Assembly (NCBI GenBank): GCA_030583685.1
Contig: CP129470.1
Location: 84,345 to 148,344, forward strand
Length of the DNA stretch: 64,000 bases
Direction of reading: 5' to 3'
DNA from: Candidatus Dojkabacteria bacterium
GTDB lineage: Bacteria > Patescibacteriota > Dojkabacteria > GCA-002793355
A model generated the notes under the pieces. The model did no database searches. It saw nothing but the letters and a program-made list of their open reading frames with translations, and was not told the DNA's origin. The position numbers and the translations under genes are program-made. Shown here one piece after another: positions 9,893 to 18,842 of the stretch. The stretch's first letter is position 1; each line of letters begins with the position of its first letter.

Positions 9893-12187
9893 TTAAAGCT
9901 TCTTTGATTTAATTCGTAACGAGTTTGCAACGACAGATACCGAGGACATTGCCATGGCAAATCCAGCAAAGACTGGGTTGAGTACCCACCCAAAAATTGG
10001 ATAGAATACGCCAGCAGCAAGTGGAATTCCCATCGTGTTATAAATAAATGCCCAAAACAAGTTCTGTTTAATGCCTCTCATTGTTATTTTCGAGAGTCTA
10101 ATCGCTTTTACTAGTTTTGAAATATCACCACGAAGGAGCGTAATACCTGCAGATTCAATCGCAACATCAGTCCCCGTTCCCATCGCAATTCCCACATCGG
10201 CTTGTGCAAGTGCAGGTGCATCGTTCACCCCATCTCCGGCCATCGCAACAATTTTACCTGCCTGTTGCAATGACTGAATCTCATTGAGTTTATCCTGTGG
10301 CAAGACATTGGCAACAACTTTCGAAATCCCAACAAGAGAAGCAATATGTTTTGCTGCTTTTTCTTCATCACCTGTCAACATGACAATATCAATTCCAAGC
10401 CTACCAAGGTCCGCAACCGCCTTCTCAGACTCTTCTTTTATTTCATCAGCAACCATTACAAAGCCGAGCACTTCTTCTTTCGTGGTAAGAAGTACCGGTG
10501 TCTTACCTTGTTGGGTAAATGACTCTATCTGTTTGAAGTCAAAAACGAGTTCTAACTCACTCACGATCCTCGCATTACCCACAAAATATTCGACTCCATT
10601 GACAGTACCTTGCACTCCTTTCCCCTGCAAACTTTTGAACTTTGTGACAGTAAATAATTTCAATCGTTTACTTTTTGCATAATCAACAATTGCACGTGCT
10701 ATTGGATGTTCCGACTTTGTTTCTAGTGATGCGATAATTGCAATAAACTCGTCCTTACTCATATGTGAAAAGTTTTGTACATCCGTCAACGTTGGTTTTC
10801 CTTTTGTAATTGTTCCGGTTTTATCAACAACAACAGTGTCAACTCTATGTAGCATTTCTAACGACGCAGCGTCCTTAATCAAAATTCCCTCTTTTGCACC
10901 TTTTCCAACACCTACAATAATTGAGGTTGGAGTCGCAAGTCCAAGAGCACACGGGCACGCGATAACAAGAATTCCAACAAACGAAACGAGACCAAAGGAA
11001 AGGGCCTGAGAAAAACCAAGATATTGCGACCCGACAGCAAGCCAAACTCCGAGTGTCAACACAGCAATTACAAGTACGACAGGAACAAAGACTGCAGAGA
11101 TTTTGTCTGCAAGGGCTTGAATCGGTGCTTTACTGCCTTGAGCATCCTCGACCATAGTGATAATCTGGGCAAGCACTGTTTCAGATCCTACTCTCGTTGC
11201 TTTAAATACAAATGAACCAGTGGTATTAATTGTGCCAGAAGTTACCGAATCGCCGCCAGATTTTTGTACGGGCATTGGCTCACCGGTAACCATAGACTCA
11301 TCGACAAAAGACTCCCCCTCTGTGATAATTCCATCCACAGGTATTTTTGAACCCGGTTTAACAATGATAAATTCACCAAGTTTTACTTCACTGACTGAGA
11401 GTTCAATTTCTTTCCCCTCTCTCAAAACAAGCGCGGTTTTCGCCTGTAAATTGAGTAGTTTCTCAATTGCATCACCAGTCTTTAATTTAGAACGAGTTTC
11501 AAGATATTTTCCAAGAGCAACAAACGTTATAACAACAATGGTCACATCGTAGTATTGATAGTCTACATTAATGAAGGAAGCCAGGACTTCCTCAAAAGCC
11601 CCTATGGTAAAGCTGTACATATATGCAGCGACAGTTCCAAGACCGATAAGAGTATCCATGTTTGCTTTTCCGTAACGTATAAATCTAATTAATCCAAGCA
11701 AATAGGGCTTCCCAACAACAAAAAGGATGTACGTCGCAATTACGGGAAGTAAATGATGCATAAATTGCGACAAAACAGTGTTCATCATAGGGACAAGCAT
11801 AAATTCGGCCATCATTTCCCACCCCATGAAAATAATTGCTATTGCGGCAAGGGGGAGAGCAGTCAGAACATTTTTTCTCATACTCTCTAACTCTAATAAT
11901 TTTTCTTGCTTCGACTGCGCTAATCCAAGATGATGTGCATGTTCGTCTTCTGTCATCCCCATTTCCTCTGCAGTACCTTTTGCATCTAATGAGTAGCCAA
12001 GGGCCTCTATGTGCGATGACATCATAGAAGGATTTGTTTTAGAAGGATCATATGAAACCTTTGTTTTCTCTGTACCGTAATTAACTTCTGCTGATTCAAC
12101 TCCGCTAACCTGATTGAGTGTTTTCTCGATAATTGATGCGCAAGAGGCACAGTGCATTCCCTTTACCTTCAACGTTTGCGTCTGCAT
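9893..12187 (-). CDS. copA: Copper-translocating P1B-type ATPase
   Basis: 764 aa. N-terminal HMA '[15 protein letters not shown]', transmembrane 'CPC' motif ('[12 protein letters not shown]'), phosphorylation site 'DKTGTIT', '[10 protein letters not shown]' hinge. Confidence 0.9.
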   Translation of the reverse strand: MQTQTLKVKGMHCASCASIIEKTLNQVSGVESAEVNYGTEKTKVSYDPSKTNPSMMSSHIEALGYSLDAKGTAEEMGMTEDEHAHHLGLAQSKQEKLLELESMRKNVLTALPLAAIAIIFMGWEMMAEFMLVPMMNTVLSQFMHHLLPVIATYILFVVGKPYLLGLIRFIRYGKANMDTLIGLGTVAAYMYSFTIGAFEEVLASFINVDYQYYDVTIVVITFVALGKYLETRSKLKTGDAIEKLLNLQAKTALVLREGKEIELSVSEVKLGEFIIVKPGSKIPVDGIITEGESFVDESMVTGEPMPVQKSGGDSVTSGTINTTGSFVFKATRVGSETVLAQIITMVEDAQGSKAPIQALADKISAVFVPVVLVIAVLTLGVWLAVGSQYLGFSQALSFGLVSFVGILVIACPCALGLATPTSIIVGVGKGAKEGILIKDAASLEMLHRVDTVVVDKTGTITKGKPTLTDVQNFSHMSKDEFIAIIASLETKSEHPIARAIVDYAKSKRLKLFTVTKFKSLQGKGVQGTVNGVEYFVGNARIVSELELVFDFKQIESFTQQGKTPVLLTTKEEVLGFVMVADEIKEESEKAVADLGRLGIDIVMLTGDEEKAAKHIASLVGISKVVANVLPQDKLNEIQSLQQAGKIVAMAGDGVNDAPALAQADVGIAMGTGTDVAIESAGITLLRGDISKLVKAIRLSKITMRGIKQNLFWAFIYNTMGIPLAAGVFYPIFGWVLNPVFAGFAMAMSSVSVVANSLRIKSKKL

Positions 12188-12188
12188 A

Positions 12189-12500
12189 TTACTTCCTTTT
12201 TAATTTATAAACTTTAATGATTTCTGCCTTAGCTTTTTCTGTTTGCCCCGACTTCACTTGTTCAAACACACAATGTCCGAGATGGTTCTCTAGAAGTACG
12301 TCCTCTACATTTGATAAACCTTGTTTCACTGCAGACGTTTGGGTAATGATGTCAATACAGTAGGTATCTGCCTCCACCATCCGCTGAAGTCCGCGAATTT
12401 GCCCCTCAATGAGTTTCAAACGCCTGATGATGTTTGCTTTATTGTTAGTATTCATATATTTCATACTAACGATAATACCCCCCAGGAGGTATTGTGTCAA
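12189..12500 (-). CDS. csoR: CsoR/RcnR-family metal-sensing transcriptional repressor
   Basis: About 100-aa four-helix-bundle repressor: '[31 protein letters not shown]...[10 protein letters not shown]' with C...H...C ligand pattern. One nt upstream of copA. The true start may be an internal Met. Confidence 0.7.
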   Translation of the reverse strand: MTQYLLGGIIVSMKYMNTNNKANIIRRLKLIEGQIRGLQRMVEADTYCIDIITQTSAVKQGLSNVEDVLLENHLGHCVFEQVKSGQTEKAKAEIIKVYKLKRK

Positions 12501-12578
12501 GAGACGTTTAAGAAACTACCTACAATAGGCGCCACACACTGAGCAATCTGACAAGGGAAGCAACGACTTAGGTATAAA

Positions 12579-13166
12579 CTACTCCAATTCCGCTTCAAAA
12601 ACTCCCAGAACTTTATATACTCTCACAAAATAGTCAGGATGAGGTGGTATTTCCCGAATTCCTCCGTATTTATTTTTCATAAACTCTTGCACATTTTGTG
12701 CACCTCCTGTAATCAGAACATCCGATAGAAATTGAGAAGCGTCGAGAAATTCCCCAGAGAGATTCGAGTAATACGCAGACAACTTCAAGACAATAACCGG
12801 TTCATTCCCCGCAAGCTTGGGTTCAATTATACCCATGTCCGATACTTTTCCTGACAAGGAAATACGGACAGCGACGGCAACATCGCCAACTGCAAACTCA
12901 ATTTCTTTTTCAGCATTGTCGGTATAAGGTGCGTTGATAATGCCAACTCTCGTTCCAATTGGAATTTGTAGCAATTGTTGATATTCTTTATCACGAAGAC
13001 GTATCAGGTGAATACCCTCGGAAAAGGAAAATAAGTCATTGACAATCACTTGTAGTTTTGCGCGAATTTCTTCATTTGTCATCGTCACAAACATTGTACA
13101 CAAGAGCGAAAACAAATTCAAAACAATACTCGATGGAAAATTTCTAGTATACTGCTGTATGCGCAT
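12579..13166 (-). CDS. Hypothetical protein
   Basis: 195-aa ORF with no recognised motif. The likely start is an internal Met ('MTNEEIRAKL'), which would remove the overlap with the divergent methyltransferase gene. Confidence 0.35.
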   Translation of the reverse strand: MRIQQYTRNFPSSIVLNLFSLLCTMFVTMTNEEIRAKLQVIVNDLFSFSEGIHLIRLRDKEYQQLLQIPIGTRVGIINAPYTDNAEKEIEFAVGDVAVAVRISLSGKVSDMGIIEPKLAGNEPVIVLKLSAYYSNLSGEFLDASQFLSDVLITGGAQNVQEFMKNKYGGIREIPPHPDYFVRVYKVLGVFEAELE

Positions 13167-14034
13167 TCCCCAATTATCTGTATCTCAGAACTTTCTCAAA
13201 GAAGACGTTGTTGACAAAGTTCTTGGGAAATTTGTCAAATTAGAAAACCATACCCTACCAATAGTTGATATCGGTGCTGGCACAGGAAACATCACTTCTT
13301 GGCTATCAAAAAATTCAAAAACGACAGTGTATGCATTTGAACTTGATCAAGCGCTCATTCCCGCATTGCAAAAGCGACTGCAAAACGCAGGTAAAGTACG
13401 AATTATCGCCAAAGACTTTCTTCACTTTCCCTCGATCGGAGAACAGTATTGTGTTGTCGCCAACATACCATTTGCAAGTACGACATTGATACTTGAAAAG
13501 CTGACCACCGACAGTTACTTCAAAGAGGGATACCTCATTGTGCAAAAAGAAGCAGCTGAACGCTGGCTTGGAGAACAAGTAGGCGCAAAGTCTACGGTTA
13601 GAGCAGCATTACTGGGTAGTATTTTTGAAGCTTCCTGCCTTCATTCGTTTTCTGCAGCCGATTTTACTCCAAAACCAAATGTTGCAATCGTTCTCATATC
13701 ACTGAAAAGAAGAGAATCGCCGCTCATTACTGGAAACATTCGGGATTTTGAAAACTTTATTGCCTATCTTTTCAATAAATCACTTCCAGAAATTCGTAGA
13801 GCACCAATTCTTGGCAGATTTCTTGCTCGGAGAATTGACCTCGGAAGAATTTCCTTATTGAGAAATGCACCCTCTGAGTTGTCTATTGAAGATTTTCTGT
13901 ACTTGTACTCCCTTTGTGATTCTGAAATCCTCGAAAAAATTTCAGGAAGTCACGAAAAAATGGTAGAGCAGGGGAGAGGAGTACAAAAAAGTTTCCGCAC
14001 GCGTCGTGCAAGTAATTGGCGAAACATGGTATAG
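13159..14034 (+). CDS. rRNA adenine N6-methyltransferase family protein (KsgA/Dim1/Erm-like)
   Basis: Track ORF trimmed to 'MRIPQLSVSQNFL'. 'SQNFL' motif I, SAM-binding 'VDIGAGTGNIT', 'VVANIPFASTT' (NIPY-type motif IV), 'LIVQKEAAERWL'. About 290 aa with an extended C-terminus. I cannot tell KsgA from Erm by sequence alone. Confidence 0.65.
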   Translation: MRIPQLSVSQNFLKEDVVDKVLGKFVKLENHTLPIVDIGAGTGNITSWLSKNSKTTVYAFELDQALIPALQKRLQNAGKVRIIAKDFLHFPSIGEQYCVVANIPFASTTLILEKLTTDSYFKEGYLIVQKEAAERWLGEQVGAKSTVRAALLGSIFEASCLHSFSAADFTPKPNVAIVLISLKRRESPLITGNIRDFENFIAYLFNKSLPEIRRAPILGRFLARRIDLGRISLLRNAPSELSIEDFLYLYSLCDSEILEKISGSHEKMVEQGRGVQKSFRTRRASNWRNMV

Positions 14035-14040
14035 TTCTCC

Positions 14041-14691
14041 ATGGGTATCGATCTCATGACAATCATTTTTACCATTCCAGCGATGTTGATTTCGGCCGCA
14101 GTACATGAGTATGCACATGCGTATACTGCGTATAAACTGGGGGATGACACGGCAAAAGCTGAAGGTCGTATGACCCTTAATCCAATCTCACACTTCGATT
14201 TGGTTGGGTTTTTGAGTATGATTTTTTTACGCATTGGGTGGGCAAAACCTGTTCCTGTTAACAGCTACAATTTTGCAAATCCTGTTTCTGGTAATGCGAT
14301 TGTTTCGATAGCAGGACCACTAGCGAATCTTGGTCTCATTATTGTGTCGGGCATCGTCCTCAAAGTCATTTTACTGCTCCCACTTACGGGACTTTTTTTT
14401 CAATTGATGGTCACTTTCCTGACGGTTATGTTGTTTATAAATACCAGTTTAATGCTCTTTAATCTCTTGCCCGTCCCCCCATTGGATGGCAGTAACATTG
14501 TTGAGGCCTTTTTGCCACGTCATTGGCGAGCGGGGTGGTCGAATCTCGCGCAGTATTCTCCTTTTTTACTTATCCTTTTGGTACTACCGATTTCCCCTGC
14601 ATTCGAAATATTCCGCTCGTTTTGGTATAATCTGCTGTCGACAGTACTGTCAGGGGTCGCGCTCATTTTTGACCTACCCTTGTTTCTGTGA
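14041..14691 (+). CDS. Site-2-protease-like membrane metalloprotease (M50 family, minimal form)
   Basis: HExxH in a TM helix ('AAVHEYAHAYTAY'). Second ligand motif 'NLLPVPPLDGSNIV' (LDG). About 6 TM helices. No PDZ or CBS domain. Confidence 0.6.
   Translation: MGIDLMTIIFTIPAMLISAAVHEYAHAYTAYKLGDDTAKAEGRMTLNPISHFDLVGFLSMIFLRIGWAKPVPVNSYNFANPVSGNAIVSIAGPLANLGLIIVSGIVLKVILLLPLTGLFFQLMVTFLTVMLFINTSLMLFNLLPVPPLDGSNIVEAFLPRHWRAGWSNLAQYSPFLLILLVLPISPAFEIFRSFWYNLLSTVLSGVALIFDLPLFL
14623..14637 (+). promoter_or_regulatory. Putative extended -10 promoter (TGgTATAATCTGCTG) for tRNA-Thr(TGT), inside the 3' end of the M50 gene
   Basis: TGnTATAAT at 14623-14631, about 65 nt upstream of the tRNA 5' end. 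The same 12-mer 'TATAATCTGCTG' recurs upstream of the second tRNA-Thr at 15272. Confidence 0.35.
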
Positions 14692-14695
14692 CAAT

Positions 14696-14767
14696 GCCGG
14701 AGTAACTCAGTGGTAGAGTGGCAGTTTTGTAAACTGTATGTCGCGGGTTCGAATCCCGCCTTCGGCT
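14696..14767 (+). tRNA. tRNA-Thr (anticodon TGT)
   Basis: Acceptor GCCGGAG/CTTCGGC (one G-U), anticodon stem GCAGT/ACTGT with loop TTTGTAA, T-arm GCGGG-TTCGAAT-CCCGC, discriminator T. Followed by a T-run (TTTTTCTTC). Confidence 0.75.
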
Positions 14768-14795
14768 TTTTTCTTCTCTTGACCACTGCTCAATA

Positions 14796-15251
14796 ATGTT
14801 ACAATCCCTCATGTCGACTTTTCGAGAAGACCAAAACGTCAGACTTAACCATCAGCAAGCAAGAGGAATTGTTATCCACGAACGTAAACTTCTCGTCATG
14901 TTTCGTCGAAATAATGATGAAGAATACTATGTCCTGCCGGGCGGTCATCTGCGGATAGACGAATCTCCCGAACGAGCCTGTGTGAGGGAAATCAAAGAAG
15001 AAACAACCATCAACGTAAAAATCGAGAAGATTTTATACGAAATAATGGACAATACCAAAAACAAACCCCGCAAAGAATATTATTTCCTCTGTCAGTATGT
15101 TTCTGGAACTCCAACACTTTCTGGAGAAGAGTCGAGAAGGAATACAGAGTCGGACTATTATCAACCACAATGGATTACCCTTGAATCGCTTGAACTTGGA
15201 GTTTTTTATCCGTTATTTCTGAAAGAGTGGATTCGCGAGAATATCTATTAG
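14796..15251 (+). CDS. NUDIX hydrolase
   Basis: Nudix box 'GGHLRIDESPERACVREIKEETTI' (GX5EX7REUXEEXGU). Confidence 0.75.
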   Translation: MLQSLMSTFREDQNVRLNHQQARGIVIHERKLLVMFRRNNDEEYYVLPGGHLRIDESPERACVREIKEETTINVKIEKILYEIMDNTKNKPRKEYYFLCQYVSGTPTLSGEESRRNTESDYYQPQWITLESLELGVFYPLFLKEWIRENIY

Positions 15252-15268
15252 CAAAATACCCCGTCCTT

Positions 15269-15283
15269 TGCTATAATCTGCTG
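15269..15283 (+). promoter_or_regulatory. Putative extended -10 promoter (TGcTATAATCTGCTG) for tRNA-Thr(GGT)
   Basis: TGnTATAAT at 15269-15277. A possible -35 'TTAGCA' lies 18 nt upstream. The tRNA starts 33 nt downstream. Confidence 0.35.
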
Positions 15284-15309
15284 AAACGCGTGAAGACTGT
15301 GAAGTGAAC

Positions 15310-15383
15310 GCTGGAATAGCTCAGGTGGCTAGAGCACTCCCTTGGTAAGGGAGAGGTCACGGGTTCGAGTCCCGTTTCCAGCT
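15310..15383 (+). tRNA. tRNA-Thr (anticodon GGT)
   Basis: Acceptor GCTGGAA/TTCCAGC, D-arm GCTC-AGGTGGCT-AGAGC, anticodon stem CTCCC/GGGAG with loop TTGGTAA, T-arm ACGGG-TTCGAGT-CCCGT, discriminator T. Confidence 0.8.
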
Positions 15384-15569
15384 AATGGGATAGTGTTCGC
15401 CTGTAAGGTGAGCAGTATCCCATTTTGTTTACAGTCGGGACGAGAAGCCCCAAGGAGAATGTACCGACGTACATTCGACGACGTGGGAGGGCCCGAGTGC
15501 GAAACACCTCGATACGCGTAGCGCAATTAAACTGGTTTCGTGAGTGGGCGAGTCCCGTTTCCAGCTAAT
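15384..15569. repeat. GC-richer structured ~165-bp segment ending in a 19-nt direct copy of the tRNA-Thr(GGT) 3' end (GAGTCCCGTTTCCAGCT)
   Basis: The copy sits at about 15551-15569. The insert holds hairpins 'ATGGGATA...TATCCCAT' and 'GAATGTAC-CGAC-GTACATTC'. No credible ORF. Architecture is attL/attR-like. Confidence 0.4.
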
Positions 15570-16528
15570 TACAATTCAAGGACGCCTTCCTTCAAGAATC
15601 GATCCAAACTTGTTTGCTCTTCAAGCACAGCCCTGTCGTAATATTCAGAATATTTTTCAGGAAAGGTAACAATCAATCCCATACTAACAGGAACGCGTGT
15701 CAGCCAATAGAGAGCGCGCCTTTTTTTGTACCCGGGGAGAAAATTGCCACCATGGCGTTCATAAGAAGTAAAAAATTGCTTGTATGTATTCTCCTCTTCA
15801 GAGGAGAAATGAGCTAGTTCCAACCTCATCAGGTCATATTCATTACTTCCCCAGAGCACGTCACCAGGATCAATAAAGCCTGTAATATGGTTATTTTCAA
15901 CAAAAATATTGCCCCTATGCAAATCCATGTGCAAAAAACTTCCCGCAGTCGGCAAATCAACAATTGCTTTGTTCGCATCAAAATATTCTTTCATTTTCCT
16001 CCGAGACTCTTCGAAAACGGTTCCTTGTAGCACACGCAGTTGCTGTTCAAATTGAGAGTCCAACGCTGAACTCCATGTTGTAAACGACTCTCCCTTCCAG
16101 GAATCGCCAAAGACATTATTGTTAATTGCATGCATACGAGCAACATAGTTTCCTAATTCTTCATACAGTGACTGTTTTCTTGCCTTAGACAGCGAATCAA
16201 AATCCACCTGATTCATTTGCGTTCCTGATACTTTTGATGTCACTATGAAAGAGTAGGGAACCCGTGCTTCAGAGAAATCGACCATGAGCACCTCAGGGAC
16301 AGGAATATCAGCTTTCCTCAATAAGTCAAAAACATTAGCCTCTTTCTCGCAATTTTTCTGAAATTCATGACTGTTACCTACCTTCACAATGAGTTCTTTG
16401 CCGTCAGTAGAAAGGTGGAAAACGGTTGCATGGTATCCTGTGTTAATTTGCTGAATGGCAATATTTCCAACATTTTTGTCGTAACTACTAAGAATTGCTT
16501 GAGCCTCAGCTTGGGAAAGAGTTATCAT
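15569..16528 (-). CDS. Phosphotransferase-family kinase (APH-like), second copy in the window
   Basis: 'FLHMDLHRGNIFVENNHITGFIDPGDVLWGSNEYDL' gives the HxDxxxxN catalytic loop and DxGD metal-binding motif of aminoglycoside-phosphotransferase-like kinases. Confidence 0.65.
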   Translation of the reverse strand: MITLSQAEAQAILSSYDKNVGNIAIQQINTGYHATVFHLSTDGKELIVKVGNSHEFQKNCEKEANVFDLLRKADIPVPEVLMVDFSEARVPYSFIVTSKVSGTQMNQVDFDSLSKARKQSLYEELGNYVARMHAINNNVFGDSWKGESFTTWSSALDSQFEQQLRVLQGTVFEESRRKMKEYFDANKAIVDLPTAGSFLHMDLHRGNIFVENNHITGFIDPGDVLWGSNEYDLMRLELAHFSSEEENTYKQFFTSYERHGGNFLPGYKKRRALYWLTRVPVSMGLIVTFPEKYSEYYDRAVLEEQTSLDRFLKEGVLEL

Positions 16529-16598
16529 GTCATATTATGCCGAACAATTATGTGGTTCAGAAATGAACGAAATTAGCCCCAAAAAAACTTAAATATCT

Positions 16599-17054
16599 CT
16601 AGTATTTTGGACCAAAATGTCCACCTTGCTTCTTCTTTCTTTCTTGAATTTCATGAACTTGATCTAATTCATTTGGATCATCACCAGGTCCAATGTAATC
16701 AGTTGGTACATTCGACTTTCTCGTACCACTGCGATCCCCAAACAGTAACAGACTTGCACTATAATATAATGATCTCAAACCTGCACCGGCACTGACGCCC
16801 GCCATAGTCCCAATCACTTCGTTACCTGGACCAGATGCCATTGCTCCTACAACTCCACCAACAATCATTGCAGTAATCAGTTTTCCAGTTTCAATTGCAC
16901 ATCCTTTTATTGCCTTACTACCAATAGCAGCTTTCCGTCTCTTGCGCTCATCTGCTTGCCGTTGTAATTCCCTTTCCCGTTTTTCAATTCGACTGGTAAG
17001 ACCTTGAGTACTGAAGATAATTGTATGGTCTGGATCCTCTTTGTGATTATGACT
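16599..17054 (-). CDS. Hypothetical protein with a glycine-zipper membrane segment
   Basis: Start moved to 'MSHNHKE'. Basic coiled segment 'RIEKRERELQRQADERKRRK' followed by 'AMIVGGVVGAMASGPG...GTMAGVSAGAGL' (GxxxG-type glycine zipper). Confidence 0.4.
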   Translation of the reverse strand, partial: SHNHKEDPDHTIIFSTQGLTSRIEKRERELQRQADERKRRKAAIGSKAIKGCAIETGKLITAMIVGGVVGAMASGPGNEVIGTMAGVSAGAGLRSLYYSASLLLFGDRSGTRKSNVPTDYIGPGDDPNELDQVHEIQERKKKQGGHFGPKY

Positions 17055-17415
17055 CATTCTCCTCCTCACCCATCTTATCACCCTTCTCCTTAATCTCGTT
17101 AAGGATCGTCGCGAAAATTTTTATGTTCAAATTCGCTTGTTCATCCTCAGGTAAGGTATCCATCGTTGTCCTCAGCAGGGCAGAAACCTTCTCCTGATCT
17201 TCCGCTGTTTCTGTTAAATCGAGAATCGTTTCATACAAGGTTTCCTTAGAGATTGACGGGAGTAAGTACTTAACCAACTCATCAGACAAAGTGGCATATG
17301 CTTCAGTGAGAAGTTCTTTCCTCTGCTCGTCGGTAAACGAAGGGTATGTTTTTTCAATGATTTTTTGGAATAACTGTGGGGACAGTTCTATATTTTCGTC
17401 GTCCATTACGAACAT
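17047..17415 (-). CDS. Hypothetical acidic helical protein
   Basis: 122 aa, highly acidic ('EDQEK...EDEQ...GEEENES'). 8-nt overlap with the downstream glycine-zipper gene. Confidence 0.35.
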   Translation of the reverse strand: MFVMDDENIELSPQLFQKIIEKTYPSFTDEQRKELLTEAYATLSDELVKYLLPSISKETLYETILDLTETAEDQEKVSALLRTTMDTLPEDEQANLNIKIFATILNEIKEKGDKMGEEENES

Positions 17416-17438
17416 GTTAAGCTATTCAGTTGGAGATG

Positions 17439-18245
17439 TCAACGAAGGAGATTGGTAAGCAACCTCACCAAACTCCTGATATTTTTACGAATATTGCCGT
17501 CTCTCATGAACGCATGCGGAATTTCGTTTACAGAACGAAATTTACCCTTTTGCACATCGGGCACTTTATCATAAAATGCCCGAACCATTTGTTGATTAAG
17601 TCGGGAATAATACCCCTCTTGATCAATATGTCTTTTTTCGTGAGGAGCATACTGGTGATTGAGTGTATTTTTTAGCGAAAAACCAATAACATCCACTTTT
17701 TCAACGCTAGAATCAATTGACTTCATTGAATCACTAAAAACAGGGTTTTCAGGCAAATATTCGCTTTCTCCATCCCACGTCAGGCCTGTACTTCCGATAG
17801 GTGAAACGTAATAGTCGGCAGGATCAATAAGAATCACCTGACTAACTGGGACAATTGGTTCTGGTACTATATTTGCAACGACAGATGCACCAGCACTTGT
17901 TGCAATGAATACATATGATGTGTAATCTCTGTCAGCTCTAAAATGTTCAAGAAGTTCTTGAGCATCTATAATATAGTCGTTTATGCTTCGTTCTTTACCC
18001 TCACGGACTCCTCGATAATAAAAGGTAACATAATCATAATTCAGCCGTAACGATATCAATTGTTCAGGAATATTCTGGAAATCACCTCTTGCACCATCAC
18101 CATTGAAGAATATCACGACATGTGAGTTTTTAGCTCGATACAGTGTATATTCCAATAAATCCTGCGAGGTTTCAGATTTCAAAATTTGTGTTATTACCTC
18201 ATGTCCCACTTCCAGAGAATACACAGGAATTTTTCCCTTGTCCAA
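17439..18245 (-). CDS. Putative alpha/beta-hydrolase-fold protein
   Basis: 268 aa. A nucleophile-elbow-like 'FIATSAGASVV' follows a beta-strand. No other catalytic residues assigned. Confidence 0.35.
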   Translation of the reverse strand: MDKGKIPVYSLEVGHEVITQILKSETSQDLLEYTLYRAKNSHVVIFFNGDGARGDFQNIPEQLISLRLNYDYVTFYYRGVREGKERSINDYIIDAQELLEHFRADRDYTSYVFIATSAGASVVANIVPEPIVPVSQVILIDPADYYVSPIGSTGLTWDGESEYLPENPVFSDSMKSIDSSVEKVDVIGFSLKNTLNHQYAPHEKRHIDQEGYYSRLNQQMVRAFYDKVPDVQKGKFRSVNEIPHAFMRDGNIRKNIRSLVRLLTNLLR

Positions 18246-18295
18246 TCGATTCTTCCCCTTATGCTACAATCAAATACTAAGCTATTTCTCTCACC

Positions 18296-18796
18296 ATGAG
18301 CTATAAAAAGCTACTCGTTGCGATACTATTCGCAATTGTTCTTCTCGGAGGAGGTATGTTTTTAAACAATCAGAAACAACAGCCACCAAAGGAAGGTGAC
18401 AATACGTCAGACCAGCCATCGGAAACAGTCTCACCAACGGCTGAAGTCGAAAATACAAAACTTGAAGTGCGTATCACCAGCCCAACAGAAGAAACGTTCC
18501 AACCACGACAAGCACGCATGTGGAGTGCTGATATTCTTAATTTTAAGGGAATGATTACTCGGTTTGCGAGCTGCGAATGGCGCTTTTATCTCAATGAAAA
18601 CAACAGTGAAGCACTGTATCAAGAACAAGTCACTCGTGCAGTCCTCAGCGAAGGGAAAGAAAATACCTGTGGGTTCACCTCAACTTTTATAGAAAAGAGG
18701 GGAAAATTACGTGTTGAAGTAACCGTAATTGTCAAAGATTTACAGGAAAATGAACTAGAACGCTATACAGCGGAACGGAATTATATTGTTCAGTAG
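18296..18796 (+). CDS. Hypothetical secreted or membrane-anchored protein
   Basis: N-terminal signal anchor 'LLVAILFAIVLLGGGMFL', then a hydrophilic domain. Confidence 0.4.
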   Translation: MSYKKLLVAILFAIVLLGGGMFLNNQKQQPPKEGDNTSDQPSETVSPTAEVENTKLEVRITSPTEETFQPRQARMWSADILNFKGMITRFASCEWRFYLNENNSEALYQEQVTRAVLSEGKENTCGFTSTFIEKRGKLRVEVTVIVKDLQENELERYTAERNYIVQ

Positions 18797-18842
18797 CTGT
18801 ACCAGATATTTCTCGTTAATTCACGCTCTGATATACTCACAA

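Noticed and set aside
10071-11552. Several 60-130-aa ORFs antisense to copA
   Set aside because: Ser/Pro/Thr-rich translations embedded in a P-type ATPase gene with all catalytic motifs intact on the other strand.
15329-15526. 65-aa minus-strand ORF in the tRNA-Thr downstream insert
   Set aside because: Overlaps the tRNA itself and the structured GC-rich insert. No plausible coding signal.
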